In this document: in pieces, positions 18,558 to 29,276 of the stretch
Layout: each line of letters begins with the position of its first letter
Position numbering within the stretch: the stretch's first letter is position 1
Source of the DNA: an uncultured Dehalococcoidales bacterium
GTDB taxonomy: Bacteria; Chloroflexota; Dehalococcoidia; GIF9; UBA5629
DNA length: 49,904 nucleotides
Assembly: GCA_964509615.1 (NCBI GenBank)
Contig: CAZDXZ010000002.1
Span: forward strand, 1-49,904
Direction: 5' to 3'
The notes under the pieces: model-generated
Database searches by the model: none
What the model saw: the letters and a program-made list of their open reading frames with translations, nothing else
Told to the model about the DNA's origin: nothing
Translations under genes and position numbers: made by a program

Positions 18558-19663
18558 CAGCGGTCTATCTCCCCGAGTACAACGTCCATGCTACCGAATA
18601 TAATTATTAAATCGGCCACCTTCCACCCGATTACCATGTCCTTCAACGCCGTGATATTAATCAGGGTGGGAGGGTAAATATGCAGCCTGTACGGCGCTAT
18701 CGACCCATCGCTCACAATATAGAAGCCCAGGTTGCCTTTAGGCGCTTCGATATATCCATAGGTCTCACCCGCCGGCGGCCTGAAAAACTGGGGTACATCG
18801 GCGCATACCGGGCCTTTGGCCGGCATCTGGCTCATCGCCTGTTCGATAATGCGCAGGCTCTGTGTCATTTCCTGCATGCGCACCCAGTACCTGTCGTAGC
18901 AATCTCCTGCTTCGCCCGTAGGGATTTCAAAATCAAACCTGTCATAGATGGAATAGGGGTCCATCTTGCGTATGTCCCACTTAACGCCGCTGGCGCGAAG
19001 CACCGGTCCGCTGGCGCCGATATTGATAGCAGTCTCCCTGGGCAGTATGCCCACTCCCTTGCTGCGCGCTAAAAATATCTCATTCTGCTTGATAAGCTGA
19101 TTGTATTCCCCGATATAACGCGGCATCTCGGCCACAAACTTCTTGATCGCCGGCATAAATTCGTCAGGCAAATCCTGGCTGACTCCGCCGACGCGCATGT
19201 AGTTGTATAACAGGCGCTGCCCGCAGACCATGTCGAAAAGGTCGAGTATCTTCTCTCTTTCACGCCACATGTACAGTACGGGAGTAAAGAAAGCGCCGCA
19301 GTCGTTCAGGTAGAATCCGACAGCCATCATATGGCTGGAGACTCGCATCAACTCGGAGAAAATAATTCTGATATATTCCGCACGCTCGGGGACTTTAATG
19401 CCCGCCAGTTTCTCCACGGCCATACAATAGGCCACGTTGTCGGTCATCGATGCCAGGTAATCCAGCCTGTCCGTCAACGGTATGATCTGGGTATAGGTGC
19501 GGGTCTCGGCCAGCTTTTCGATGCCGCGGTGCAGGTAGCCTACGATGGGCTCAACATCGGTGACCACTTCTCCGTCAAGCGATAACCTTAAACGGAAAAC
19601 GCCGTGCGTGGACGGATGCTGAGGTCCGACGTTAAGATAGAATTGCTCTGTTTTGATAGGCAT
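18557..19663 (-). CDS. nuoD: NADH-quinone oxidoreductase subunit D
   Basis: 368 aa. NVGPQHPSTHGVFRL and RLDYLASM motifs, C-terminal MDVVLGEIDR. Confidence 0.9.
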   Translation of the reverse strand: MPIKTEQFYLNVGPQHPSTHGVFRLRLSLDGEVVTDVEPIVGYLHRGIEKLAETRTYTQIIPLTDRLDYLASMTDNVAYCMAVEKLAGIKVPERAEYIRIIFSELMRVSSHMMAVGFYLNDCGAFFTPVLYMWREREKILDLFDMVCGQRLLYNYMRVGGVSQDLPDEFMPAIKKFVAEMPRYIGEYNQLIKQNEIFLARSKGVGILPRETAINIGASGPVLRASGVKWDIRKMDPYSIYDRFDFEIPTGEAGDCYDRYWVRMQEMTQSLRIIEQAMSQMPAKGPVCADVPQFFRPPAGETYGYIEAPKGNLGFYIVSDGSIAPYRLHIYPPTLINITALKDMVIGWKVADLIIIFGSMDVVLGEIDR

Positions 19664-19664
19664 T

Positions 19665-20105
19665 CTATAGATAATCCCTCCGCAGAGGATGACCGTTAAA
19701 GCCCTCCCAGAGAAGCAGTCTTCTCAGGTCGGGATGCCCTTCGAACTTGATGCCCAGCAAATCGAATATTTCGCGTTCCTGGTAATAGGCGGCACGCCAG
19801 ACAGGGGTGACCGACGGGAGGCTGAGGTTCTCCCTGCCATAGACACGTGTTTTCAAGATCAGGCTCTGGTTGTTTTTCAGAGAAACCAGACGGTAGACTA
19901 CTTCGAAATAATCAAGATAGTCCGCAGCAGTCAGGACGGTCAGGTAATCGAACTCCATTCCAGGTGTATTCTTGAGGAAATCAGCTATCTGTGCCAGCGC
20001 TTTGCTGTCGACGATAAGCGACCCCTTATCGCTGGAAACAACGCTTCCGGGAATAGCTTCCGCTATCCTTTTCCCTGTTTCTTCAGTATTGACGGCAACT
20101 GTCAT
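19665..20105 (-). CDS. nuoC: NADH-quinone oxidoreductase subunit C
   Basis: 146 aa. YQEREIFDLLGIKFEGHPDLRRLL, the 30-kDa subunit signature. Confidence 0.9.
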   Translation of the reverse strand: MTVAVNTEETGKRIAEAIPGSVVSSDKGSLIVDSKALAQIADFLKNTPGMEFDYLTVLTAADYLDYFEVVYRLVSLKNNQSLILKTRVYGRENLSLPSVTPVWRAAYYQEREIFDLLGIKFEGHPDLRRLLLWEGFNGHPLRRDYL

Positions 20106-20125
20106 GTAATATGATTACCTGTTAA

Positions 20126-20731
20126 TTACTTTAAGGATAGATTGGGATTGTCTATGGTTCCTTTAACTATCTTGGCATGCAGTTTGTTGATGCCGTGGAT
20201 CATAGCTTCCGGCCTCGGCGGGCAGCCCGGTACATATACATCCACCGGCATGATGCAGTTAACGCCGGGAACAACGCTGTAAGACTCCCTGAATGTGCCG
20301 CCGCTGACGGCGCAGGCGCCCACTGCGATGACCCATTTGGGTTCGGGCATCTGATCGTAAATCATTCTGGCTGCCGGCGCCATTTTCCAGGTGATTGTGC
20401 CTGTAATAAGCATCACGTCAGCCTGGCGCGGGGAAAAGCGGATAATATCCATGCCGAAACGTGGCAGATCGAAGCGCGGACCGGATGCCGCGATCATTTC
20501 AAACGCGCAGCAGGCCGTACCGAAGATCAAAGGGAAAATGGAGCGTTGTCTTGCCCAGGCTACGGCAGCATCAACGGTGGTCAGCAGTATATTACGATGT
20601 ATCTCCTCATCAAGCCATTTATCCGGATCTGGATAAGCGCTGGTGAAATTATCGTTGAATGAGTTGATAAGCTTACCGTCAGCCAGGTCAGCTTCCTGGG
20701 GGGTGGATACATCAGGCCTTATTATTTCCAC
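20126..20731 (-). CDS. nuoB: NADH-quinone oxidoreductase subunit B
   Basis: [18 protein letters not shown] and [10 protein letters not shown]2-cluster motifs. Overlaps the nuoA end by 10 nt. Confidence 0.9.
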   Translation of the reverse strand: MEIIRPDVSTPQEADLADGKLINSFNDNFTSAYPDPDKWLDEEIHRNILLTTVDAAVAWARQRSIFPLIFGTACCAFEMIAASGPRFDLPRFGMDIIRFSPRQADVMLITGTITWKMAPAARMIYDQMPEPKWVIAVGACAVSGGTFRESYSVVPGVNCIMPVDVYVPGCPPRPEAMIHGINKLHAKIVKGTIDNPNLSLK

Positions 20732-21093
20732 TGCAGGGCCCCTTTACGCCAGGCATATATATATCCAACTGTCAGCAAAACAAGTATTATACCCACCGCA
20801 ACAAGCCCGCCAGCTCCAAGTTCCTTCACGTTGACCGCCCACGGATAGAGAAAGATGGTCAGCATATCGAGCAATACAAAGAGTACAGCGAAGAAATAAT
20901 AACGGAAATTATACTGGACCCGTGTTTTACCTACCGTCTGCATACCGCATTCGTATTGCACTTCTTTGGCAGGATTCTTCTTGGTGGGGATGAGGCCCAG
21001 CCTCTTCAAAAGCATGGGAAGAGTGGGGATAGTGATGGTGAATAGTATGGCGACTATGAGTAATATTCCGACGTAGCCGTACTGTTCCAGCAC
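20722..21093 (-). CDS. nuoA: NADH-quinone oxidoreductase subunit A
   Basis: 123 aa, three TM. YECGM motif. GTG start with GAGGAGAG RBS about 10 nt upstream. Confidence 0.85.
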   Translation of the reverse strand: MLEQYGYVGILLIVAILFTITIPTLPMLLKRLGLIPTKKNPAKEVQYECGMQTVGKTRVQYNFRYYFFAVLFVLLDMLTIFLYPWAVNVKELGAGGLVAVGIILVLLTVGYIYAWRKGALQWK

Positions 21094-21125
21094 TTTTTAA
21101 GCTCTCCTCTCAAAAGCCGTTGGAT

Positions 21126-21155
21126 AGTATATTACAATTTACAAAAAGATGTCAA
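21126..21155 (-). promoter_or_regulatory. sigma70-like promoter candidate for the nuo operon
   Basis: On the minus strand: TTGACA (21155-21150), 18-nt spacer, TATACT (21131-21126), about 30 nt upstream of the nuoA GTG. Confidence 0.35.
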
Positions 21156-21267
21156 AATCGGTTTCAAGGTTGGCCCATCAAGTTTGACTTACGAGTAATG
21201 TGGAGTATTATAATTAGGCCTCGGATAATCATTATTTCATCGGTCGCAGCAGTTAACATCAGCCAAA

Positions 21268-21822
21268 ATGCGTATTACCGGAGGCTCCGCCAGGGGCCAG
21301 ATAATTAAAACCCTTCCCGGCCTGCTGGTACGGCCTACTACCGACAGGGTACGTGAAGCCATCTTCTCCATGCTGGCTGCCATGTCCACAGGATGGGAAA
21401 GAGGGCTGGACCTTTTCGCAGGCAGCGGCGCACTCGGGCTTGAGGCGCTGAGCCGCGGCATGGATTGGATCGATTTCGTTGACCAGAACAGACGGTGCTG
21501 CCAGATAATAAAGCAAAACCTGGCAAAAACGGGATTTATTGACAAAGGTCATGTATACTGTTGCCCGGCGATGAAAGCGATCGGACTGCTGGAAAATGCC
21601 TACGACCTGGTATTTATGGATCCCCCGTACGCCGACACCCACCTGGGAGAGGTGATAACCTGCCTGGCCAGATCAGGGCTTGTCTCGGATAACACCCTTG
21701 TTACCGTATCGCATGCATCACGCTCAAGGTTGTTGACCAGATACGAAAACATGGAGAGAATTAAAGAGAAAAAATATGGAGATACCTGTATTTCAATATA
21801 CCAGAAGGAGGGCACGTCTTGA
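21268..21822 (+). CDS. rsmD: 16S rRNA (guanine966-N2)-methyltransferase
   Basis: MRITGGSARG N-terminus, LDLFAGSGALGLEALSRG SAM motif, FMDPPY catalytic motif. Confidence 0.85.
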   Translation: MRITGGSARGQIIKTLPGLLVRPTTDRVREAIFSMLAAMSTGWERGLDLFAGSGALGLEALSRGMDWIDFVDQNRRCCQIIKQNLAKTGFIDKGHVYCCPAMKAIGLLENAYDLVFMDPPYADTHLGEVITCLARSGLVSDNTLVTVSHASRSRLLTRYENMERIKEKKYGDTCISIYQKEGTS

Positions 21823-22298
21823 CTACAGCAGTCTACCCGGGCAGCTTTGATCCTATAACCAACGGACATCTGGACATCGTAAAGCGGGCGTCATCTATAT
21901 TCGAAAAGTTGATCTTGGCCGTATACGATATACCCCAGAAATCGCTGCTCTTTACAGCCGAGGAGCGGGTGGAACTGGCCCGTAAAGCCGTCGTCGATTT
22001 CAAGAACGTACAGGTGACGTCTTACGCAGGTATAACTGTTGAATACGCCAGACAGGCCAAAGCACAGGTGCTGGTCAGGGGACTTAGGGCCAGCTCGGAT
22101 TTCGAACGCGAATTCGAGATGGCGCTGATGAACAAAAAACTGGCGCCTGATATCGAGCTGGTCTGTTTCATGGCCAACCTGCGCTACCAGTTTTTAAGCT
22201 CCAGCCTGCTGAAAGAGATCATCAAGCTGGGTGGAAACCTCGATGACATGGTGCCCCCGCATGTCAGTGCAGCCCTTAAGAAAAAGCTGCTCACGTGA
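21819..22298 (+). CDS. coaD: phosphopantetheine adenylyltransferase
   Basis: AVYPGSFDPITNGHLDI (T/HxGH). TTG start overlapping the rsmD stop (TTGA), with GAAGGAGG 7 nt upstream. Confidence 0.9.
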   Translation: MTTAVYPGSFDPITNGHLDIVKRASSIFEKLILAVYDIPQKSLLFTAEERVELARKAVVDFKNVQVTSYAGITVEYARQAKAQVLVRGLRASSDFEREFEMALMNKKLAPDIELVCFMANLRYQFLSSSLLKEIIKLGGNLDDMVPPHVSAALKKKLLT

Positions 22299-22376
22299 GG
22301 TATTCAACCGAAGCGAAATCTGGTAGCATATTCAAGGAGTTTTTATCATTAATATACTATTGGAGGTGCCGTAAGG

Positions 22377-22637
22377 ATGGCTTACAAGATTACTGATGAC
22401 TGTATAAGTTGCGGTGCGTGCGAAGCGGAATGCAAGAACGAGGCTATTAAAGAGGGTGAAACCATCTATGTTATCGATCCCGCTAAATGCACCGAGTGCA
22501 TCGGATGGTTCGACAAACCCAAGTGCTCCGAAGTATGCCCTGTCGACTGCTGCGTAGCTGATCCCGCACATAAGGAATCCAAGGACCAGTTGCTTGAGAA
22601 GTGGAAGAAGCTTCATCCCGGCAAGACACCGCAATAA
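22377..22637 (+). CDS. YfhL-like 2x[4Fe-4S] ferredoxin
   Basis: 86 aa. [11 protein letters not shown] and CTECIG...[10 protein letters not shown] cluster motifs. Confidence 0.85.
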   Translation: MAYKITDDCISCGACEAECKNEAIKEGETIYVIDPAKCTECIGWFDKPKCSEVCPVDCCVADPAHKESKDQLLEKWKKLHPGKTPQ

Positions 22638-22673
22638 TAATCAATACTGAATATCACGGAATAACCTTAATAT

Positions 22674-23390
22674 ATGCTGACCATCGACCTTGATCTCCTC
22701 GAGATCAAAGGCAATGAAACCATACTTGATGCCGGTTGCGGCCATGGGCGTCATATCTGGCAGGTATGCAAAGTCAATAAAGGCCGCTCGGTGGCGTTCG
22801 ACCTTGACGTTGCCAGCCTTAAACAGGCCTGGTGCATGTTCCACGAGATGGACGAAAAGAAAGAGACGGCGGGACCCTGGCACCTTGTCTCCGGAAGTGT
22901 AACCAGCCTACCATTCGAAGACGGGCTTTTTGACAAGGTGCTGTGTTCGGAAGTTCTGGAACACGTGCCGGACGATTCAACCGCAGTTTCGGAGTTTTAC
23001 CGTGTGCTCAAGCCTGGCGGTATCCTGGCGGTCAGCGTGCCTTCTCATTTCGCTGAATCGGTTTGCTGGAAGATATCGGATGAATATCACAATACGCCCG
23101 GCGGACATATCAGGATATACAGACAATCCGAGATCATGGCGCTGTTAAAAAAATACGGCCTGGAGATATTCGCTGTCAGGTATAAACACGCGCTGCATTC
23201 CATTTACTGGTGGTCCAAGGGATTGTTCGGGCTTAAGAACGAGAAAGCTTTCATACCGTCGCAGTATTATAAATTCCTGGTGTGGGATATCTACAGCGGC
23301 CATCGCTATACCAGATGGCTGGAAGGCGGACTCAACCATGTCTTCCCCAAGAGCACTGTCCTCTACTGCCGCAAGCCTGCCGCCCGTTAG
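22674..23390 (+). CDS. class I SAM-dependent methyltransferase (type 11)
   Basis: ILDAGCGHGRH motif I, FDKVLCSEVLEHVPD, LKPGGILAVSVP. Confidence 0.8.
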   Translation: MLTIDLDLLEIKGNETILDAGCGHGRHIWQVCKVNKGRSVAFDLDVASLKQAWCMFHEMDEKKETAGPWHLVSGSVTSLPFEDGLFDKVLCSEVLEHVPDDSTAVSEFYRVLKPGGILAVSVPSHFAESVCWKISDEYHNTPGGHIRIYRQSEIMALLKKYGLEIFAVRYKHALHSIYWWSKGLFGLKNEKAFIPSQYYKFLVWDIYSGHRYTRWLEGGLNHVFPKSTVLYCRKPAAR

Positions 23391-23408
23391 GCAGTCTGTT
23401 GGAATAAT

Positions 23409-24218
23409 CTATGCGGCCTTCTTTTTTCCCAGACTCTGCGATTTCTCATAGGCTGCCAGCACCGCATTCACTACGAGTGAACGCAGGCCACCGTTCTCCA
23501 GTCTAAGCAGCGCTTCGGCAGTTGTGCCTCCCGGAGAGGTAACCATGTTCCTTAATTCAGCGGGATGTTTGCCTGTTTTTTTCATAGCCTCAGCGGAACC
23601 GGCAACTGTCTCGACCACGAGCTTCTGTGCCACACTTCTGGTCAGGCCTATGTGCACTCCTGCGTCTATCAGCGCTTCCATAAAAAGGAATACGTAGGCA
23701 GGACCGCTGCCGCTCACAGCCGTAGCCATATCCAGGTACTTCTCGTCCTTGATATACATCTCCTCTCCCAGCGAAGCCAGTATCCGTCTGGTCGTCTCGT
23801 GCTTCTCACTGGACAGCTCACCTGACGACGTCCAGACCGTCATGCCCCTGCCGACCTGCGCCGGCGTATTGGGCATTGCCCGCACCAGCGCGGCATGCTT
23901 TAGACTTTGAGCCATTGTTTCCAGTTTAATGCCGGCTGCAATCGATATGACAAGCTGCGAAACCAGGTGCCCCGATAGCTGGCTTAACACCCCACCCGCC
24001 TCCTGTGGCTTCACCGCCAGGATAATCACATCAGCTCCCTTTACGGCCCGGGCATTATCGTCTGTAACGGCCACTCCATATTTCTTTTTAACCAGCTCAC
24101 GTTGTTTTATAGAGACATCGCTGACTATGATATCTCCCTTTGCCGCCAGCCTGGCGCGCAGTATACCCTTTATCAGGGCACTTCCCATTGTACCGCCGCC
24201 TATTATCGCAACCTTCAT
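23409..24218 (-). CDS. proC: pyrroline-5-carboxylate reductase
   Basis: VAIIGGGTMGSAL Rossmann motif, AMPNTPAQVG, SPGGTTAEAL. Confidence 0.9.
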   Translation of the reverse strand: MKVAIIGGGTMGSALIKGILRARLAAKGDIIVSDVSIKQRELVKKKYGVAVTDDNARAVKGADVIILAVKPQEAGGVLSQLSGHLVSQLVISIAAGIKLETMAQSLKHAALVRAMPNTPAQVGRGMTVWTSSGELSSEKHETTRRILASLGEEMYIKDEKYLDMATAVSGSGPAYVFLFMEALIDAGVHIGLTRSVAQKLVVETVAGSAEAMKKTGKHPAELRNMVTSPGGTTAEALLRLENGGLRSLVVNAVLAAYEKSQSLGKKKAA

Positions 24219-24221
24219 GAC

Positions 24222-24890
24222 TCAGCTCCTTTCACCGAAAATGGCGCGCCCAATTCTTATCATGGTGGCGCCCTCTTCCACAGCGACCTCGAAATCATCC
24301 GTCATACCCATTGACAGTTCCCTGAACCCATAGGCCGAGTTGATTCTCTTCATCTCAGCAAACAACGGCCTGACTTCCTCAGCATTGTTGCAGACCGGCG
24401 CAACCGTCATAAGCCCCAGCATATTTATATGTGCCAAGCCAGAAATCGAGCCAATCGCACCCTTAAGCTCTTCCCTGCAGAAACCGTACTTGGTCCGCTC
24501 ACCGGACAGGTTGACCTCCAGCAAAACATTTACCGCCCTCGTGGTTCTATTGTTGATCAGCTCGGCCAAACGCAGCGTATCTATGCTATGTATTATGTCA
24601 ACTGCGGGCAGGACATCGCCGACTTTATTGCTCTGGAGATGGCCGATAAAATGAAGTGTTATCTGCCCTCTAATATCCTCCAGTTCAGCATATTTGGCCA
24701 GGGCTTCCTGGACGCGGTTCTCACCGAAATCTCTCAAGCCATAATTGAACGCTTCACGGACGGCACTTGACGGGAAGTTTTTAGTCACCGCTATGAGCTT
24801 TATCTCGGCCGTATCCCGCCTGCTTTTGCGGCAGGCTTCCTCAATGCGGCTGTGCAGAATACCGATACGGCTTTCAATATTCTCCTGCAA
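24222..24890 (-). CDS. yggS: YggS-family pyridoxal-phosphate homeostasis protein
   Basis: LIAVTKNFP (PLP Lys), HFIGHLQSNK, SMGMTDDFEVAVEEGATMIRIG. Confidence 0.9.
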   Translation of the reverse strand: MQENIESRIGILHSRIEEACRKSRRDTAEIKLIAVTKNFPSSAVREAFNYGLRDFGENRVQEALAKYAELEDIRGQITLHFIGHLQSNKVGDVLPAVDIIHSIDTLRLAELINNRTTRAVNVLLEVNLSGERTKYGFCREELKGAIGSISGLAHINMLGLMTVAPVCNNAEEVRPLFAEMKRINSAYGFRELSMGMTDDFEVAVEEGATMIRIGRAIFGERS

Positions 24891-24924
24891 TATCGGCCAT
24901 CCTATCCAGCTCTGTCATAGCATG

Positions 24925-26154
24925 TTATTCGTATATTTTCTCGTCCACCGCGTGGGCTTCCTGTGCATCATTCTCTACATCACGGACATTTGCCGCAGGC
25001 TTCAGGGTTTCCCTGTAGTACTCATGCTGGATGATGAGATTCATTATCTCGCTGGTGCCGGTCCAGATGATGGAAAGCCGGGCATCCCTCAACATCTTCT
25101 CAATTGGATAAACATTGGTATACCCGATGCCTCCTACCACCTGCATGGCATGATTTATTATCTCCCAGGCAGATTCTGTGGCGAAGCGCTTGGCCTCCGA
25201 TACCAGGCGTCTCGAATATCCGGTGCTGCCCATGGCATCCACCGCCGTGGCAGCTCCATAAACCAGCATACTGGCGGCATCCAGCTTGATAATGCTGTCT
25301 GCTATCCTGAAACTCACACCTTCAAACTCGCGTATCTTGCGACCGAATGCCTTGCGCTTGTCGCTGTACCTGGTTGCCAATTCCAACGCAGCCCTGGCCA
25401 GGCCCACCGCACCGGCTGCGGAAGTCATCCGCTCAGGTATCATCATCTGGTTGAATACATCCGCTCCCCTATTCAAACCAAGCACAAGATTTTCCTTGGG
25501 GACCCTGGTGTCCTTGAAAACGAGGCGACCTGCTCCACCACCACGTGTTCCCAGCAAACCATAGATATACTTGGCATCTACACCCATGTCTCTTTCAACA
25601 ATGAAGGCACTGATGGATTTCCCAGGGTCTCCCTCAGTCCTGGCATATACCAGGAATATATCCGCACCATCCGCGCCTACCACGAACCTTTTCTGGCCAT
25701 TCAATACGTAATAGTCACCTTTTTGAACGGCGGTGGTCGTGGCCCCAAAGAAGTCGGAACCCCCTCTCGGCTCCGTCAATGCCTCGGCGCAGAAGATCTT
25801 GCCCTTGAGCAGGGGGGCGAGATATTTCTTTTTCTGATCCTCGGTGCCGAATACGTCCAGCGCTTCTCCCACGATGCTGACCAGAGAGAAAAGGCAACCC
25901 AGCGACATCCCCAACACACCGATCTCCTCAAGCGCGATGACTTCATCCACCCACTTTAAGCCCCTGCCGCCGAAAGCCGGATTGAAGCGGATACCCAGCA
26001 GGTTATTCTTGGCCAGATTGACCACGTATTCGCGGGGATAGCGTACTTTGTCGGCATCCATATCCTGCAACAATTGCTTGGGAACGGACTTTACGAATTT
26101 ACGCACTTCCTCTCTCAATGCTTTCTGTTTGTCGTTTAACAATGATTCCAGCAT
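24925..26154 (-). CDS. acyl-CoA dehydrogenase family protein
   Basis: 409 aa. [22 protein letters not shown]-like C-terminus, ACAD three-domain layout. Substrate not inferable. Confidence 0.85.
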   Translation of the reverse strand: MLESLLNDKQKALREEVRKFVKSVPKQLLQDMDADKVRYPREYVVNLAKNNLLGIRFNPAFGGRGLKWVDEVIALEEIGVLGMSLGCLFSLVSIVGEALDVFGTEDQKKKYLAPLLKGKIFCAEALTEPRGGSDFFGATTTAVQKGDYYVLNGQKRFVVGADGADIFLVYARTEGDPGKSISAFIVERDMGVDAKYIYGLLGTRGGGAGRLVFKDTRVPKENLVLGLNRGADVFNQMMIPERMTSAAGAVGLARAALELATRYSDKRKAFGRKIREFEGVSFRIADSIIKLDAASMLVYGAATAVDAMGSTGYSRRLVSEAKRFATESAWEIINHAMQVVGGIGYTNVYPIEKMLRDARLSIIWTGTSEIMNLIIQHEYYRETLKPAANVRDVENDAQEAHAVDEKIYE

Positions 26155-26199
26155 GGTTTCACCCCTTTTAAGCGGTCGAACTTATATCCGGCCAGTCCG

Positions 26200-28689
26200 T
26201 TATTTAAGCACGATATTAAGCAATTTGCCCGGCACATATATCGTTTTTACGACACTCTTTCCGGCTGTATATCCCTTAATACGGTCCTGTTCAAAGGCCA
26301 GCTTCATCGCCTCTTCCTCACCGATATCTACAGGCACGGTGAGTTTATCCCTTAATTTCCCGTTGATCTGCACTACCAGGGTAACCTCCTCGTCAGCGGC
26401 GAGGTCTTTATCCCACACCGGCCACGACTGCTTATGAATGCTGTACGGGTAGCCCAATTCCATCCAAAGCTCCTCTGCCATATGCGGGGTGGAGGGCGCC
26501 ATCAATATCAGCAACGTCTTGATAGCCTCCTTCCACTCTGAGGCTGTCACGCTGCCCGTCTCGAGCATCTTGCTTAAAGTATTCGTGTATTCCATCAGTG
26601 CCGCCAGCATGGTATTGAACCTGAAACGCTCGATATCGCCGCTGGCTTTTCTAATAGTTTTATGCATGATGCGCAGGCATTCCTTCGAGGACTCGATATC
26701 AACCTGCTTTTCCTTATAATCCGCTGTCACCAGGCTCCATACACGATTCAGCCATCTGCCCATACCCACAATGCCGTTGTCGTTCCAATCTCCACCCTGT
26801 TCCCAGGGACCGACAAACATGAGGTAGACCCGGACCGCATCGGCTCCTATCTGAGATACATAGTCATCCGGAGTTACCACGTTGCCTTTTGATTTGCTCA
26901 TCTTCTCGCCCTGGCTGCCGATGATGCCCTGGTTGAAAAGCCGGGTGAAAGGTTCATCAAAATCAACTATGCCCATATCCCTGATAGCCTTTACAAAAAA
27001 CCTCGAGTACAGCAGGTGCATGGTGGCATGCTCGGCTCCTCCTGTATAAAGGTCCACCGGCATCCAGTATTTAAGCTTCTTCTTATCGAACGGGTATTTA
27101 TCGTAATTCGGGCTTGTATATCGAAGGAAATACCACGAGGAACACATGAAAGTATCCATGGTATCAGTCTCACGCCTGGCAGCTGAACCGCATTTAGGGC
27201 ACTTCGTATTTACAAACGACTCGCAATACTTGAGAGGTGATTCTCCCGTCGGTTTAAACTCCACATCAGGAGGAAGCAGCACCGGCAGTTCCTTCTCGGG
27301 CACGGGTGTGATGCCGCACTTGCTGCAATATACCATGGGGATAGGCGCACCCCAGTACCGCTGGCGTGAGATCAGCCAGTCCCGTAATCGGTAAGTAATA
27401 GTCTTGCCTCCCCAACCCTTGCTTTTAAGGTAATCGCAGATCGCGTCGATCATCTGCTGGTCGGTGAGACCATTGAACTGCCCTGAATTGACCATATGTC
27501 CGCCTTCAACATGGGCTGCAGGCAGATCGCCACCGTCCCAGTCCGGCGGGGCCACGACGGTCCTGATGGGGATACCGTACTTCTTGGCGAAATCGAAGTC
27601 CCTCTGATCGTGAGCCGGCACACCCATCACCGCGCCCGTGCCGTACTGGGGCAGGACATAATCGGCTATCCAGATAGGGACCTTCTCGCCATTTACACGG
27701 TTGATTACATAGCTGCCCAGAAAGACTCCCGTCTTTTCAGTCTCGGCCGCCGTCCGTTCAAACTCTGTCTGCCGCTGAGCCCTGCGCACGTAAGCCTCAA
27801 CCTCTGCCTTCCGATCGGGTGTGGTCAACGCCGGCACCAGCGGATGTTCGGGGGCAAGAACGAAAAATGTCACGCCGAAAAGAGTGTCGGGACGGGTGGT
27901 GAATACCCGGATCTCCTTTTCCTCAACGCCCGGCTGGTCAAGCCCGAATGATATATCGGCGCCGTAGCTCTTGCCGATCCAGTTGGTCTGCATGATACGT
28001 ATTCTTTCCGGCCAGTCGATGCCCTTGAAATCAAGCAACTCATCGGCGTATCTGGTAATGCGGAAAAACCATTGCTCGAGCTGTTTCTTCTCCACGACGC
28101 TCTCGCAGCGCCAGCACTGTCCATCCCCCACCACCTGTTCGTTTGCCAGTACAGTCTGGCAGCGCGGACACCAGTTCACGGCGGCCCTGCCGCGGTATGC
28201 CAGGCCTGCCTCGTAAAGCTTGAGGAAAAACCACTGAGTCCATTTATAGTATTCGGGTTGACAGGTAATAACCTCCCGGCTCCAATCATAGATCGCCCCG
28301 ATGGTTCGCAGCTGGCGGCGCATGTTCTCGATATTCCTCATTGTCCACTCGGCCGGGTTAACACCGGTGGCTATAGCTTTGTTCTCAGCCGGAAGGCCGA
28401 ATGCATCGAAGCCCATGGGATGCATGACGTTGAACCCATGCATCATTTTATATCTTGCATATACGTCCGAAGGCGCCATGGCGTACCAGTGGCCTATGTG
28501 CAAATCGCCTGAGGTGTAGGGAAACATGGTCAGCGCATAAAACTTCGGCCTGGGATCGCTCTCCTTGACTTCATATAACCGATCCTTGGCCCACCTATCC
28601 TGCCATTTCTTCTCGATTTCTTGTGGATTATAGCGGCTTGCAACGTTCATAATAGACAAGATTTTAGCCTCTATACCTTCGATCGTCAA
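26200..28689 (-). CDS. leuS: leucine--tRNA ligase
   Basis: YNPQEIEKKWQ N-terminus, HIGH motif (GDLHIGHWY), KMSKSKGN motif. The true start is probably the Met at 28650 (MNVASRYNPQE). Confidence 0.95.
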   Translation of the reverse strand: MTIEGIEAKILSIMNVASRYNPQEIEKKWQDRWAKDRLYEVKESDPRPKFYALTMFPYTSGDLHIGHWYAMAPSDVYARYKMMHGFNVMHPMGFDAFGLPAENKAIATGVNPAEWTMRNIENMRRQLRTIGAIYDWSREVITCQPEYYKWTQWFFLKLYEAGLAYRGRAAVNWCPRCQTVLANEQVVGDGQCWRCESVVEKKQLEQWFFRITRYADELLDFKGIDWPERIRIMQTNWIGKSYGADISFGLDQPGVEEKEIRVFTTRPDTLFGVTFFVLAPEHPLVPALTTPDRKAEVEAYVRRAQRQTEFERTAAETEKTGVFLGSYVINRVNGEKVPIWIADYVLPQYGTGAVMGVPAHDQRDFDFAKKYGIPIRTVVAPPDWDGGDLPAAHVEGGHMVNSGQFNGLTDQQMIDAICDYLKSKGWGGKTITYRLRDWLISRQRYWGAPIPMVYCSKCGITPVPEKELPVLLPPDVEFKPTGESPLKYCESFVNTKCPKCGSAARRETDTMDTFMCSSWYFLRYTSPNYDKYPFDKKKLKYWMPVDLYTGGAEHATMHLLYSRFFVKAIRDMGIVDFDEPFTRLFNQGIIGSQGEKMSKSKGNVVTPDDYVSQIGADAVRVYLMFVGPWEQGGDWNDNGIVGMGRWLNRVWSLVTADYKEKQVDIESSKECLRIMHKTIRKASGDIERFRFNTMLAALMEYTNTLSKMLETGSVTASEWKEAIKTLLILMAPSTPHMAEELWMELGYPYSIHKQSWPVWDKDLAADEEVTLVVQINGKLRDKLTVPVDIGEEEAMKLAFEQDRIKGYTAGKSVVKTIYVPGKLLNIVLK

Positions 28690-28819
28690 TATAATATAGG
28701 GATGCAGCTTGAGCAGCCGGGATGCCTCTGCTCATCTGTTGATACAGGAGACGGTTTCTCGGGTATCAAGTGCCGACCACTTGAAAAATTGATATCATGA
28801 ATCAGGGAAATATCGAATT

Positions 28820-29197
28820 ATGCAGCGAGACACCTTCGAGGAACTGGTCGCCGAGGCGGTATCAGGCCTGCCGGGTGAATTCAGGGAGCTTTTGGATAAT
28901 GTGGAGGTATTCGTCGAGGATTGGCCAAGCAAAGAGCAGCTCAAAAGCGTTGGCCTCAGAGGCAGGCGTGATCTCCTCGGTTTATATGAGGGAACGCCGA
29001 TTACACATCGCGACCAGAGCTACAATCTGGTGCTGCCTGACAGGATAACCATTTTTCAAAAGCCGCTGGAAGCTCAATGCAGATCAGCAGCTGAAATCAA
29101 GCGTGAGATCATAAGAACGGTTAAACATGAAATAGCCCATTACTTCGGAATGGACGAGGAGAGATTGAACCTGATCGAATACAGCGAAGACAGCTGA
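28820..29197 (+). CDS. minimal zinc metallopeptidase-like protein (DUF1025 family)
   Basis: 125 aa. HEIAHYFG (HExxH) near the C-terminus, VEDWPS and LGLYEG segments typical of this family. Confidence 0.7.
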   Translation: MQRDTFEELVAEAVSGLPGEFRELLDNVEVFVEDWPSKEQLKSVGLRGRRDLLGLYEGTPITHRDQSYNLVLPDRITIFQKPLEAQCRSAAEIKREIIRTVKHEIAHYFGMDEERLNLIEYSEDS

Positions 29198-29276
29198 TTA
29201 GTATTGATTAACACTTGATTTTAGAGTAGAGTATTATCAGATTGTATACGGTAAATCTATTGGAGGCTATGTATTA

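Noticed and set aside
16910-20731. Apparent terminal extensions of NuoI (C-terminal) and NuoB (N-terminal)
   Set aside because: Total lengths (184 and 201 aa) are within the range of characterised orthologs such as E. coli and Thermus. They are not unusual enough to report.
24745-25959. 404-aa plus-strand ORF
   Set aside because: It lies entirely antisense to the well-supported acyl-CoA dehydrogenase gene (24925..26154) and to part of yggS. The composition is Arg/His/Gly/Leu-rich and low-complexity, with no RBS or motif. It is a typical shadow ORF.
28690-28819. Possible T-box or other leader upstream of leuS
   Set aside because: Only about 130 nt, or about 170 nt if leuS starts at 28650, are available. 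I could not find a specifier-loop / T-box (AGGGUGGNACCGCG-like) sequence or an antiterminator-terminator pair on the minus strand.
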